From assembly GCA_001949185.1 (NCBI GenBank), contig BDGG01000009.1, forward strand, positions 1,105,624-1,169,623: a DNA stretch of 64,000 bases, written 5' to 3'. This document shows, one piece after another, positions 1 through 12,900 of the stretch (position 1 is the first letter of the stretch; every line of letters begins with the position of its first letter). Position numbers and translations under genes: made by a program. This stretch comes from Ramazzottius varieornatus (Eukaryota > Animalia > Tardigrada). The notes under the pieces were generated by a model. It was not told the origin of the DNA and searched no databases. It saw only the letters and a list, made by a program, of their open reading frames with translations.

Positions 1-1117
1 CAAATTCACGATGAAGGCTTTCATTTTATATGGCGGTTTCCCGAATCGTAAAGCAATTACTCTTTGAACCCATAGGCGGGACAACGGTTGCGACTTTAGC
101 CGGGAGAAAGGATGGCGACTATTCCCAACTTGATCGTAAAGACGCGATGGAAATCAAAAGGCCTTTGCAAGTGTCTAAGGGAGACTTGCGCGTTAACATG
201 TCTTGTCAAATTACCGGAAGCTGCCTCGCGACATCGATACCCCGCTGACACTCTTAACTTCCCGTCTTTCGAACAATGAAGGACGATTGGAGTGAGGCGG
301 AGTTGCCCAACCGAGAAAGCGTTCAGGCCGATATCGGACCTAACATCTCTGATACTTGCGGTGCAGTAGGCTTACTGGGAAGCTTGCTGGATGAGCTGGC
401 ATGAACTACTGCCGTGTGGGTCCTCGCGTACGTTGGCGGTTGTTCGGGAGGCGACAGCTGGGCTAATCAGCTGGAAGTCATGAACGAGATGATTGGGACT
501 TCGAGGATTTGTTAGACTTGTGGGATGAGCGAGTAAACGTTTTCCTGAATTAGGAAGTCAAAGCTCGTTAAGGAGAGAGTTTTGTTCTTGTAGGTCGTGC
601 CCTTCTCCTTGCCGAGCGCTCGAGCACGCGGTGGTTCTTTTTATTTGTTCAGTGAATAACGCACACTTGACGCCTTGATTGAAGGCGGATCCGGAAATTG
701 GATGAATCTGGTGGATGGTATAACATTGCTAAAACTACCATTCTTATCACGCGAGGCTCGTTCGAATACATCATTCAGATCCAAATCAACCTCACTTACC
801 AATAATACCAGTTGCATCAAAATCCATCCACTTTTTCTGCATCTTGCTGGTGTGAACCTAGGCTCTATCGGCCTTACCCACAGCAAAGGTTATGGGTGGC
901 TTTTACTGTACTTTGGAAAAGCTTGGCTGCAAGTCGTGAAAATTTATTTGTCACACCAAGGAGGAAACTCGAAGAATTTGATAACTTGATATAGGATTAT
1001 AGGTCCATTTCTCGGCGAACGAGCCCAATTTTAGAAAAATGACTTTATTAGTCATCGGTTCCGCCGGGATGGGTTGACAGGTTGATGAAACACTTTTAGC
1101 TCAAATGTTCAAAGTGA

Positions 1118-1892
1118 TTAATCCAGAACATGCATCCTTGGCAAAAGGAGGAGATATATTGCCTTGAGCACTGTGTAGCTGGAAGTTCGGCTTCCGGCAT
1201 TGTAGTTGCAGAGATCAGTGGAGCAACAATTGGTACACACCCATTCTTCTGGCTCGTTCACGTCGCAGGGAGCGTGCATCTCCAACGCACGCTTTTGTGT
1301 CAGGCAGGAATCTCTCTTGCTGCATCGCTTCGTGATTTGTAACTTCCCCACTTCCGCTAGGAAAAACCCACCGTGCATTCTTTTCGACAAGATTATTCCA
1401 GCAGTCTGTATAACTTACCTGCGTATCTGACCATGGTCAGACATGTATCGTATGTGATAGGACATTGCCGAACGCTTTCCGTTCCGTTGCATTCGCTGTT
1501 GTCGTGGGCGATATCACAGCTGAAACACTCAATGCCAGAGACTGCAAAAACAACCCTTTTCAGGTTCAAAAATATACGAATGAAATATGGGACGTCGGCA
1601 AATGATTTCGGCTAGATCGTTTCCCCAATTGGCCCTCGAACCCGACGAATCGCAATTTAAACACGCGCCATTTGAGAAAACGATCATCTCGAGCTCACTT
1701 TTCAAGTGGCGCACAATGTCAGTGTTATTGACAGATATCACGCGCCCCTTGACAAAGCAACCCCAGTGATTTCATTGCCGACGTCCCGTATTCACCTAGA
1801 TTGCTTGATATATTACCTTCTGGGATTTTCCAAAGTACCATGGTCAGCAGAAGGCAAAAAGGAAGAATTGAGCTATAGAAATGTTGTGGCAT
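1118..1892 (-). CDS. Ly6/uPAR (three-finger) family protein, probably GPI-anchored; 3 exons (1817-1892, 1419-1541, 1118-1356)
   Basis: Spliced translation: signal peptide MPQHFYSSILPFCLLLTMVLWKIPEVSG, then IECFSC...C...C...C...KRC...C...C...CTNCCSTDLCN and a hydrophobic tail. GT-AG introns are in phase. Confidence 0.85.
1588..1788. repeat. Family A palindromic element, 2 units (Ly6 intron 1)
   Basis: TGGGACGTCGGCAAA...TTGCCGACGTCCCG ends; AAGTGGCGCAC core. Confidence 0.85.
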
Positions 1893-2964
1893 TTCCTGAC
1901 AATGTCCATCAATATAGGGCGTTGACGATGATGCCAGAGTTTTAGGAAGTCCGCTTTGCCATTAACGCCACTGTCAACGCACTGATCCAGAAAGCAAATG
2001 AGGGATGTGTGTGGAGCTACATCCTATTGGATTTCAACAAGCAGGAAGGAAGTGTGTGTGTTCGCTTGAGGCGTGTTTGCTGAACTTGGCGGATAGTCCT
2101 CCTTGTTTAAAGTCGAGATGAGAGATTTGGTGGCTGCCATTTGCATGATTGTGTCGATCGACAATAACCAGTATCTGTCAAAATCACTAACAATCTTTGT
2201 GCATCTTGTTCTTAGAACGCTCGCTTTCACGAAGCTGTGCACTGTGGATGGAGGCGCTTTGCTGTATATGCTGAGAGTTCCCCGGCTATAGCGCGGAAGA
2301 CCCAGACAAACAAAGTCAACCTCAACCTTTCAGACCGAAGAATTCGCAACTTTGCAGATGATTGTTCCCTAAGATTGCACATTTCATAGTTGCTCTACCG
2401 GCCGGTCGTCAAGCATCAGTTCCGCGATCTGCCCACCAAGAAACCGGCTCGTTCTTAACTTAGGAACAAGTATTCGCTTGAATGAAAAATAAGTACCATT
2501 CCTCGTTTGTATCAAACAAACTCGGTTACAATGAGGCAGCTTTTTTTCCAGCTGAGAGACGAAAATCTTGTTGGGTCTTTGGGGTCGAAATGTATGTACA
2601 GTAGGATAGCACTGTAGACCTGCTGGCTGTTGGCAAAGGCTTTGTTATTAGGATGTGCATGGTGGCGCCACCGTCGAGCAGGATTGTGGCAGGTGCTCTG
2701 CGCGAGTTCCTGGATAGGTCGGAACTTGTCGCAGTTGCTTCCGTAATCTATCCTCGTTTCGCGAACAAGATGAAACATTAATCTAGGGAATTTACTTTCC
2801 ACGTGACTCTATCCTGTCGGGGAGGCTCATTGGGGCGTATCGCGAAAAACATAATATATCAAAATTCTGGGAGCCCGTGCCGGAGTTCCGCCAGAAGAAG
2901 ACAGCGCGTCCGACAGCCTGAATCACTCCTCCACAGAGTGTAATTTCAAAGTGCCATCTGTATT

Positions 2965-3089
2965 TGGGAGGTCGGCAAATGACTTGGACATGATCGCTTT
3001 CACAAGTCGCGCACACTTTCGACCAGCTTCAATGAGAACTTGCGCCATTTGAGTTGACGATCATGTTCAGTTCATTTACCGACGTCCCA
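2965..3089. repeat. Family A element, 1 unit, complete 125 bp
   Basis: TGGGAGGTCGGCAAATG...CATTTACCGACGTCCCA. Confidence 0.85.
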
Positions 3090-3827
3090 TTTCGTGGGAA
3101 TTCTAACGCCTTCTCGTTGCTGGTCGTTCCTACTGATTGTCTCTTTCAGTTTGCACTTCTTTCGTCGTTACGTCAGATATCCTGAAAAAATTTTCCAAAC
3201 TTTTCCAACTTTTCCACCAGCCAGATAGGAGACAAGATGGAAGCTGACTTTTTTGTACGGACTATCCCTCGGGCATGCATGTCGATGTAACATGGTAATA
3301 TAATTTTGCAGATGAGAGTCGGAAGCCATTAAGGTCCCTCGTCTGCAGCAAAGCGATGGGGAAAAACTCATCCAGCAAAAAGATTGCGTGAAGGAAAAGA
3401 GCCGTCGGATCAATGAACACAGCTGCACAATATGATAACTTTCGCTGTTTGTTCTCCATATCGATCTTAATATGGCCATGAATGGATTGGTTTCGGTAGA
3501 TGTATTCACGGTCAATTCGACGCGAGCTAGTTATGACATAAGATGGATGAGGCGCTTTTCTCTGCCGTGGTCGAGTGATTGTGTTACGAATCGATTTGAG
3601 CTGAAAGGCCTTAAAGGCCCACTGAGGCACCACCATTTTTGCTGCGGCTCCTCCCGAGACATACTTTGCAGGCAGTATACATCTGCCGCAAAGCCGCGCA
3701 TCTTTTCTGTCAGTCCTTCCATGACAAGTGCCCGCATTTATTGCCTGGTTTTTAATGAAGCTCAGCTAGTGAGATGCTCATTGAAGTAAAAGGGTCCAAA
3801 TAGCATCATTAGGGTCGGCATGTCGAA

Positions 3828-5773
3828 TTGTACTCAGTGGCAGCTTTAGCCTTGTGGAGCCATCCTCTGTTCGTGCCGGAAATGGATTCCGTTACCGCTC
3901 TTTCTACTAAAGGTAAGGGGTATTTAGCCGACAAACCTGAAAAACCTGACATTATTTTCCTTCATGATCTGTTTAACTTCCCTGTAGAGCCGTCGCATCA
4001 GCCGATAGAGTGTAACAAGCCGACCGTCATCTGCCTACCTTCGGACCCGGATAACGACGACTTTGGAATCGAACTGACCGGTGGATGTCATTCCTACATG
4101 GTAAGCTGAGTTATGAGGCCGCCAAACGAAACATCCAAGTTTTTTTGAAGTGGCGCATGCTTTCAGCCAATAACACCAACAACTTGCGCTACTTGGGAAA
4201 CCAGTCAAACTCGACAGTTTCGCTTTCACTAGTGGCGCACGTTCCCAGTCAATAACATGAAAAAACTGCGTCACTCGAGATAACAATGTTGTACATTGCG
4301 TTTGCTTCTGGCCTTCTGATATTGAAACCGAAAAGCGAAGTAATGTTTGACAAGGTTGCCTTGTAGGGGGAAGTTTGCGTCTGTAAAGTTTATACGGATT
4401 CCGTTAGCTATCGGGACGGAAGACTAAAGCGAGGCGATGTTCTCTTATCGGTAAGCTTGTTTCAACGAGTTTGTTAAGAATGGGTTGCACAACAGCACTT
4501 TGGCTGTAAGTGCCGGAGCTGAAATTGACAAGGAACCACTTTGGGATGACAAGCTCCGATGAATTTATTACAAGCACGAGATAAGACTTGCTTGTCGTCG
4601 AGCGGCATCCTAATGGCGTGCTATCTTCCGTTGATGCTCTAGGTCAATGGCAAATCGATGAAAAAATGTTCGCTCGAAGAAGCTCGAAGCGCCGTAGCCA
4701 ATTCCCCTCATACACTACAGTTGGTCGTCAGACGGGATCCCGACCCTTTGACTCTCTTTACAAGCATTGAAGGTGATAACTTTCGGTGAAATATTCCAGT
4801 GCAATTTTCTACGATATTTCTCTATAAGAGTATTGTTGTTCCCTGCTCTTGTGTTCATAATTACGTGGTTATGTTGCTGTATTCAGATGTCAAGTTACAT
4901 CACGCTCATTTCAAGATTTTTCATAGAGCCAAAAATTTTTATTACGGTGGAGCTGTGGAGGACCCATATCAACGAGCCTCTGGGGATTTCTTTAATGGAG
5001 CGAAAGTATGTTTACATCACAGTAATGCATGTCTTTATTAGCAATTATAGCTGTAAGCTTACATGGCTCTCACTCATAGACGTCTTTGGTAGGATCGTTT
5101 CATTTCCAGGGACGTCGGTGTCTTCGTCACCTGGATGGTATCATGAATTTCTGAGAGCCGGGAAGGCTAGCGTTGACCTTTTTTTCACGTGACGAGCGCT
5201 GAACGATGATATCCGGTTTTCCTGCAGAGACCTGGATCTCCAGCTGACAAGAGCCAACGCATAAGACAAGGTGATAAGCTCATCGATGTCAATGGAGTCT
5301 CCGTCAAAGGAATGGGCCAGACCCAAGTGGCTCAAATCCTCAGAGTGAGCTGAGTTCATCCGCTCCTCGTTACGAAAGATTAGACTCTTGATTTTCCCAT
5401 AGGAAGTGGAGAATTCCTGTGTGTTGGTCCTGGGAAGGATCCCCGCCCTGTATGCCCGTATACAGGACTGGATCCGCGAGTCTCATCAGCTCACGCCCAA
5501 GAAGGTCGCCGTCAGCCGTACTTCCTCGTGGACCTACTCGGACGCGAACTTATTGAAAGCTCGAAAACTGTAAGTTGCCCTCCGGCTTGGACCAAAAGAC
5601 CGCGAATCAGAATTGTCTTCGGTCGTAGTGGTCGAAAAGCGGAAGATTCGGCAGTTAGTCGTCGTCAGAGTAGACGCTTCTCCGCCTTCAACCTTCGCTT
5701 GCGCTCAAACTCCACGCAAATGGAAAGACTTGCCGTACATTCTGCACCTCCCTCGAATCGAAGCAGTAGCTAA
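3828..5773 (+). CDS. Multi-exon PDZ-domain protein (two PDZ domains); 5' end and final exon uncertain
   Basis: Exon translations FGIELTGG / GEVCVCKVYTDSVSYRDGRLKRGDVLLS and EPLGISL / PGSPADKSQRIRQGDKLIDVNGVSVKGMGQTQVAQILR. Stop is either at 5573 or, via a short intron, at 5773. Confidence 0.6.
4112..4300. repeat. Family A element, 2 units (PDZ gene intron)
   Basis: AAGTGGCGCAT-N25-TTGCGCTACTT plus a second unit. Confidence 0.8.
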
Positions 5774-5967
5774 AGGCTCAAGTCCAGTATATTGGAAGAG
5801 AAAACTGTATAGCAGAAGTCTTTCCGACAAAAGAACGATACCGTAAAGTATTCGACGTCACCATAGAAATTCAGATGATGCTGCAATAGGATCGCGAATC
5901 CGACTTACGAATTAACAATGTAATAAATAGCCTTCTATGAACTGTTGTATTCCGAACTCGAATCTGA

Positions 5968-8900
5968 ATGCTGCCCGGCATATTGCGAAAGGCCGCACTA
6001 ACAGCAGCGGCAGCCGGCGGCACCTTCCTCGGAGCCACTTCGTTAAAATTGTATGACTTGAAAAAGCATGCTTCCATTGCTTCCTGCTCGCAGAATAAGC
6101 CAGAAGAATATCTTGATGTTTTACCTACACGCGAAGAGCAGCTGAAAAGTCTGCAGCAGGAAGATGTGGAGTATGATGTGTTGGTCATTGGTGGAGGCGC
6201 CACCGGCACTGGTAAGTTCCTCTCGAGTGGCGCTCGCTGCCAGCCGATCACAATGGAGACATGCGCCACTTGAGATCTGCTGTGTTTCGTATCAACTCCT
6301 ATACTTGGTTGGGTCGCTCAACAGGTTATGATGATAGGTTTCTGTTTTCGTTGTCGCAGGTGTTGCGTTGGACGCGGTAACGAGAGGGCTGAAAACTGCC
6401 TTGGTCGAACGGGAGGACTTTGCTGGGCAGACTAGCAGTAAGAGCACGAAGCTTATCCATGGAGGTGTTCGTTATCTCCAGGCTGCCATCTTGGGCGTCG
6501 ACATCGAACAGTACAATATGGTAAGCCGCAATTTTGTGAGGAAAGCCGTTATCATCTTTCTAACTGGCACTCACGTGAATGCTCGTGAATTCGATTAGGT
6601 CAAGGAAGCACTTCGAGAACGGAGTAATTTTCTGTCCATCGCACCACACCTCACGAAAGCTTTGCCAATTCTGTTGCCGCTTTATGATTGGTGGAAGATT
6701 CCCTACATGTGGATAGGTAAGCTCTTTATAGAACGATTGGCGTGTGGAAGGGTCTGTTCAGGAAGGCCGGCAAACAAAACATCCAAGATCGTTTATCAAA
6801 GTGGCGCATCCTTTCGCCCAATAACAATGGAAAGCGTGCGCCACTTGACATGGCGACCTTGTACGCTCTGTTCGCTTAGCTCCCGTATCCTGTTACGAAC
6901 TGATTATGCCTTTATGGGTCCAGGTATCAAAATGTATGATCTTGTTTCTGGCGACACCATTTTGCGTAACAGCTATTACCTAAACACCGAACGATCCCTG
7001 GATGTTTTCCCTCAGCTGAATGAGACAGACCTGAAGGGCGGTATCGTCTATTTCGACGGTCAGCAGAACGATGCCAGGATGTGCGTTGCTTTGGCTCTCA
7101 CGGCGGCCAGAATGGGTGCCAATGTAGCCAACTACGTCGAGGTAACATCGCTGGTCAAGGAAATGGAAGGCACAGGACCCGCTCCGCCGAAGGAAGTCGT
7201 CAAAGGTGCTGTTGTCAAAGACACCTTGACGGGCAAAGAGTGGACCATCCGGGCCAAATGCGTTATCAACGCTACTGGGCCTTTCACCGACGCTGTCCGC
7301 AGAATGGATGATTCGACTGTCAGAGGAATCTGTCAACCCAGTGCAGGCGTTCATATCACCTTACCTGGGTACTTCACCCCTAAGAAACTGGGCTTGCTGA
7401 ATGCCGAAACTTCTGATGGCCGAGTGGTCTTTGTCCTGCCGGTAAGAAAAAAATGCTCTTTTTCTTGCTGATCAGTTTCGAGAATAATTTAATTTCCTGT
7501 GGTTTTGCCATAATCATTTATGTTAATTTAACATTACGAGCTTGATATCGTTATGGTTTTCTCTGTTGATTTTATTGGTTCTCAGGCTGAATATGTATGT
7601 GATGGTGTTTTGTTTTACTGATCAGTGGCAAGGTGTGACATTGGCAGGAACAACGGACAAGAAGTGCAAGGTCTCCACCAGTCCTGTTCCAAGCGAAGAG
7701 GACATTGAATTCATTCTTAACGAATGCCGCAAGCTGATCAAGTTAAAAATAACGAGGAACGATGTCTTGTCGGCCTGGTCCGGTATTCGTCCGCTCGTAC
7801 TGGATCCCAGCAAGAGTGATCGAGATACCAAAAAGATTGCCCGAAATCATATGTGAGGACAAAATGGTTTGCTCGCATTGATGGATAATGACGAAAGGAT
7901 ACGTTTGGGACCTGGGCAAATAAACTCGACCAGATCGTTTTCGCAAGTGGCGCACGCGTCCAGTGTTTTCAGCTATAGGCGTGCGCCACTTGGATAATGG
8001 ATCTGGTCAAGTTCGTTTGCCGGGTTGCCAGTCATGCTTTGACCGGACAATCTTCTGTTCCTTGCAGAATTGAAGTAAGTGACGGTAACCTCATCACTAT
8101 TGCGGGAGGGAAATGGACGACCTACCGCAGCATGGCGGAAGAGACGGTGGACGCAGCCATTAAGGTTGCCAAACTTCGTCCGCCGTGGCGCCACTCGCAG
8201 ACCATCGGATTCAAGCTGGAAGGAGCCCATGGTTCGTACCTTCTCCTTTGTTTCGTTTTTGTTCGTCTGATCCGTTCGTCGCGCTGTACATTCTACGACC
8301 ACCTGCCATCTTTCTCAACAGATTTCGAGCCCAATCTGGCCATCAGTTTGGAAAACAATTTCGGAGTGGACCGCGATGTGGCCAAGGTCAGTTGGTCAGA
8401 TGCCGTATTTGCACGCATTACTGGCTGCGTATCATGCTTTATACTCATCAAAATTTTGTAGACAAATGATCAGAGGAACCGTGAGCAACGGGGCTTCAAT
8501 TTGCAAAAACAATCAATATCATAATTTCAAGGCCAAACCAGTTTGGTTTTACAACGTAGTGTAAAATTGTTGAGGAGAAAAAGAGACTCTTTTTGCTGTT
8601 TTGTTGAAGTGTCTTATCATTTTGAAATGTCTGAAACTTGGATCGATCAGTTTTTTGCTTTACAGCATCTGGCTTGCCAGTACGGCGATAAAGCAATCGA
8701 CGTCCTGAAGCTAGCCGAGCCCACAGGCAAGACCTGGCCACTGCTGGGTACGCGACTGGTTGAACGTTACCCATACATCGAAGCCGAGATCCGCTACGCC
8801 ATATGGGAGTACGCCGTCAATGCCGTCGACGTCATCGCGCGTCGCACCCGACTAGCCTTTCAAGACGTCGACGCCGCCAAGGCCGCTCTGCCTCGAATCG

Positions 8901-9490
8901 TGGAAATGATGGGCGCCGAGCTGAAATGGGACGCTGCCGAGAAGACGCGCCAGACGACCATGACGCTGGACTTCCTCGACAAGCAGATGGGCTACGCCGC
9001 CGTCCGCTCACCCACTTCCGCCTCCTCCATGCAGAATACGGGTAACTATCTGAAAAAGTTCTTGGAAGCGGCTGGTGGTGCGGGGAAGAGCACCAATTTG
9101 GCAGTGGTCAGAAAGTCTCTACAGAGCTTGGAGATGGGCGATATGGTGGAGGACGAACTGGAGAAGATTGCCGAGAAGACCGGCTCGTGGCATGCCAACA
9201 AGGAAGTCAATGCGGTGGAGTTTTTGAACATGGTCAGGCATATAGTCAGAGAGAAGGAAATTATGGATGATATCCACTCGTATAAAGTGGCCATGACCAA
9301 GTCCAATACTCAGTACATGCTCGACCAAAACCTACCCAAGTCTCCTGCCACCGATCCTCCGAAGCCTGCCGTCACGGATATTTCGAAGCCTGGCGCGACG
9401 AATATTCCGAAACCTCCCGCCACGGACCTTCCGAAGCCTCCTGCCACGACTAGTGCCAAGCCGAAGCAAGACCCAAAGACTAAAATATGA
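5968..9490 (+). CDS. GPD2: Mitochondrial FAD-dependent glycerol-3-phosphate dehydrogenase (about 8 exons)
   Basis: YDVLVIGGGATG, DAVTRGLKTALVEREDF, TSSKSTKLIHGGVRYL, YFDGQQNDARM, SAWSGIRPLV, IAGGKWTTYRSMAEETVD, DVIARRTRLAF. Confidence 0.95.
6222..6275. repeat. Family A element, core only (GPD2 intron 1)
   Basis: GAGTGGCGCTC...ATGCGCCACTTG. Confidence 0.75.
6760..6855. repeat. Family A element, 1 unit (GPD2 intron)
   Basis: GGCAAACAAAAC...AAGTGGCGCAT-N26-GTGCGCCACTT. Confidence 0.8.
7906..8030. repeat. Family A element, 1 unit, complete 125 bp (GPD2 intron)
   Basis: About 50-bp near-perfect inverted arms around a 25-nt loop. Confidence 0.9.
9335..9466 (+). repeat. Coding 24-bp tandem repeat (about 5.5 copies; PKPPATD-like octapeptide) in the GPD2 C-terminus
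   Basis: PKSPATDP/PKPAVTDI/SKPGATNI/PKPPATDL/PKPPATTS/AKPK. Confidence 0.85.
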
Positions 9491-9689
9491 CGGTTACTGG
9501 CTGCCGATCGGTGCCAGCATTGCCGCTCTTCCTCACAACGATGCTCGGTACCACCGGTCCATAAAGACGACCATGATTGGAAGGAAAGCCTTGAAACTCC
9601 CTAACTAGAGCCGTCGTCTAGTCTTTCTTTTTCGAGCGAAGGTTGTCTTATCTTTTAACTCTTGCATGTATTTCTTTCCGGGATTATTT

Positions 9690-9790
9690 AGGACACCAGG
9701 CGGATTGTTTTCAAGGTGGCGCACAGTTTGAGCTGATAGCAAGGTGAAGGTGCGCCACTTGAGATATCGATAGCAATGCGTTCATTCATT
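9690..9790. repeat. Family A element, 1 unit (between the convergent GPD2 and nAChR stops)
   Basis: AGGTGGCGCAC...GTGCGCCACTTG. Confidence 0.75.
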
Positions 9791-9942
9791 TGACAATGGT
9801 CCGTCTGGTCATCTTTCACTTTTTATTTGTAGCTTTTGTTTTTGTTACTCGACAGTTTATTGTACACGTATACCGGAAAATAAAGCGATTGAAGGTGAGC
9901 TTCGAAAGCACTACGTTTGTGAAAGCTAGGAAGACCCGTGTA

Positions 9943-12900
9943 TTAGCCATTCTCATCTCGAAGGGGGTAGATAACGAGAAGGAACAAGGTCGTACAAAAT
10001 ATCAACAGGAAGAAGACACCAAAGCAAAAGCGATCGAATATTCGTCCGACTTCGATCCATTCAGCAAAAGTCTCTTCGACCATCTTATCCTCGTCAAACT
10101 TATTTAATAAACGCTTGATGCGACCGACCACATCGCCGTCCGGGGGAACGAGGGGTGCCGTCGAGAAAAGGGAGGTCGACATGTAAGATAAGTTGGGTGA
10201 TTGCATGGAATCACACGAGGTTTGTGCGTAGTTAGCGTTGTTTGAGAAACCAATAAGCCGTCGAAGCTCTTCCAAATGATGGCTCTGCTCGGCGTCCGCC
10301 GTCGGATCAACATGATTAAGTGTTGATGCACCATCTTTGACATTGTAATTGCGGTAGACTTTGGACGCGTCTACCATGTAATTTTTCTTGTGATGATTGT
10401 AACCGGGAAGCGTATGTGGTGGTCGATTCAGCAACTTCCCATCATCCGAGTACAATGGCCTGATGAAGGTTATGCGAGTCATGTAGCGAAACTACAAGAA
10501 CAATCATTTCACGGAATTTCAGTTATTGAACGCTTGATTCATCAATCATCATTCATCAAACTGGATACGGGAAGACCCCGAGACCATGGCGAGCCATATG
10601 GGAGAGTGGCAAAGAGATTTGGCCAGATTGTCATCTCAAGTGGCGCACGTTACACTGCACCTGAACAAGATCGTGCGCCACTTGAGAAACCCGTTCATTG
10701 TCTCAACAAGCTGCACATGTCCTCATTGTTAGTGGCTGATGGTGTGCGCCACTTGGAAAAAGGATCTTGCGCACTTCGTTTGCCGACCTCTCATATCGAG
10801 TGTACATGTGTTTTCATCAGGGCTATAAATGCAGTCGATAAATCTTTCAATTATTCATGGAGTTTAGTCTGGCAAATATAATCATAGGGAGATCTCAAGC
10901 TGTGCACGTACTGTTAGTTTCCGGAGCCAGTTCGGGACTGGATTCCTTTTTGTCCCACGGTAATGGAAATTTAGGATAGCTACGGTGGACCCGACAGACA
11001 AGGAAGCGATGAATTCCGTTGATAGAATATAAAGACCCAATCTACAATGGACATGCACTCAGTCAACAATCAGGATCATTTCGTATGTAAGAAAAGACGA
11101 ACGAGGAATATGCAAATTGGCATACAGTGGGACTGCATCACTTGTCTCCGGCATTGTCTCGCCAATCATCAGCATGAAGACAGAGAAGGCCAACAGGACC
11201 GTCAGACCGAGGTTGATCTTCTCGCCGGCATCACAGGGCAGCCAGAACACCACCATGGTCAGCATGGACAACATGACACAGGGCGCTATGATATTGTAGC
11301 TGTGGTACGCGGTCTTCCGCCGAATGTGGAAGTTCACCGTTACATCCGGGAACGGTTCTACACAAAATCCGTGCCACATATCAACACAGGGCTCAAACAC
11401 AGAAAAACGTCGCAAAGCATATTCACCCTTTACCTTCGCAACATGCGTACCGATTAACGTTGCGCACCATCCTGCAAGACACTACCAATAAGGGCCGTTA
11501 TGCCGACCAGGTTTTGAAAGTAACTAGCGGCTACTTACGTTGTGTTAATGATAACCCATTCTCCTATCGACAAAATTAATGCATGATTATTAATAAATTA
11601 ATTATTGATTAGTATTACTTAATCCAGCAACTGCTTAGTCCCAGTCGAAACAAATGAGCCATACTGTGGCTGAACCACGCGGTTTCGTCACTTACCGCTT
11701 TCCATGTAGTCCGTCATATCCACGTTGTCTTTCCTTTTGACCACATCGAGCTGCAGGCACATATAGTGTTACTGTGAAGCCTAGCGGGATGCTGAATTAG
11801 CCGCGAACTATTTTGAAACCGAAACTCATACGCACCTGATATCCATCGTAGATCCAAGAGCCCAGTTTCAGCAAACATTTTTGGTCCTGCGGAGGCAACG
11901 CCCTTTTGTTTGACCTTTCGGTACATGACCGTATGCAGAAAGATACGAAACTGGTACGCATAGGAGCGGCAAAGAGCTGTAGAGAACTTACGTCGAAGGG
12001 AAAGTAAGTTGTGTCTATCTTGCAAGTGCTTCGCATCTTTGTGGGAGGCGACCAGAAAACGTTACCGGTATGTTGCAGAACCTGCCCAAACAGTTCGAGC
12101 ATTATAACGAATCGTTAATTACTTCCAGATCCACTTTGGTACGACCCTTAGCGTACCACATTGACCGGCATGAGGTTCTTGTTATAATCGTCCGCACTAT
12201 AAAGAAAAATCCATAAAGATGACAACAAACGTGACATCAACCAGTGAGGTGCATCACAAATAATTGATCCGTGGAGATCAAAGAGCAGACTAGCCTTGTT
12301 TACATTTCCACTTTCGGACAAAGCCGACGGGCCTTACTTGTTGTACAGAACAATGTCGGGAAGCCAGATCTTCGTAGACGGGACGATGATCATTTCTATC
12401 CCGCCGAACTTCGCAGGGTCCCAGACCAAAACTTCATCCGTCCACTCCTACATACACTCAACACTTATGGATGCTTATGGATGATAGCCTGACTTCTTAC
12501 TTTATGTGGAACGTCGGCAAATAATTTACCCAAATCTTACCTCAAGTAGCGCACATTTTTTATATTAATATTGTTCGGCGTCAGCGTGCGCCACTTGATA
12601 AAAACAACCAGACTCGACAAGACGGTTTTTCCAAGCAGCGCACGTTTTCATTGGTATAGGCCGAGAGTGTGCGCCACTTGTGAAAACGATTAGGTGAATT
12701 TGTCTGCCAACGTCTCTGTCAAAAGAAGGGAAAGAGTCGTACCTGCTCGAGCCAAACATTCACCGTCAGCACTTGGTTTCTTTCATCCACCGAGGCGATT
12801 TGGGTGAGCACGAAGCCGATCTTGACGGTCATGGCCGTGGACGCGTTAACAACAGGCCTTGCGGCTTTCTCGTAGTTAACCATCAAATACTGTAGCAGCC

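Noticed and set aside
1-1000. Possible gene at the window start
   Set aside because: All frames tried close quickly and no recognisable domain or consistent exon chain was found.
2000-3800. Short ORFs between the Ly6 and PDZ genes
   Set aside because: They could include upstream PDZ-gene exons, but no in-phase model or homology could be supported.
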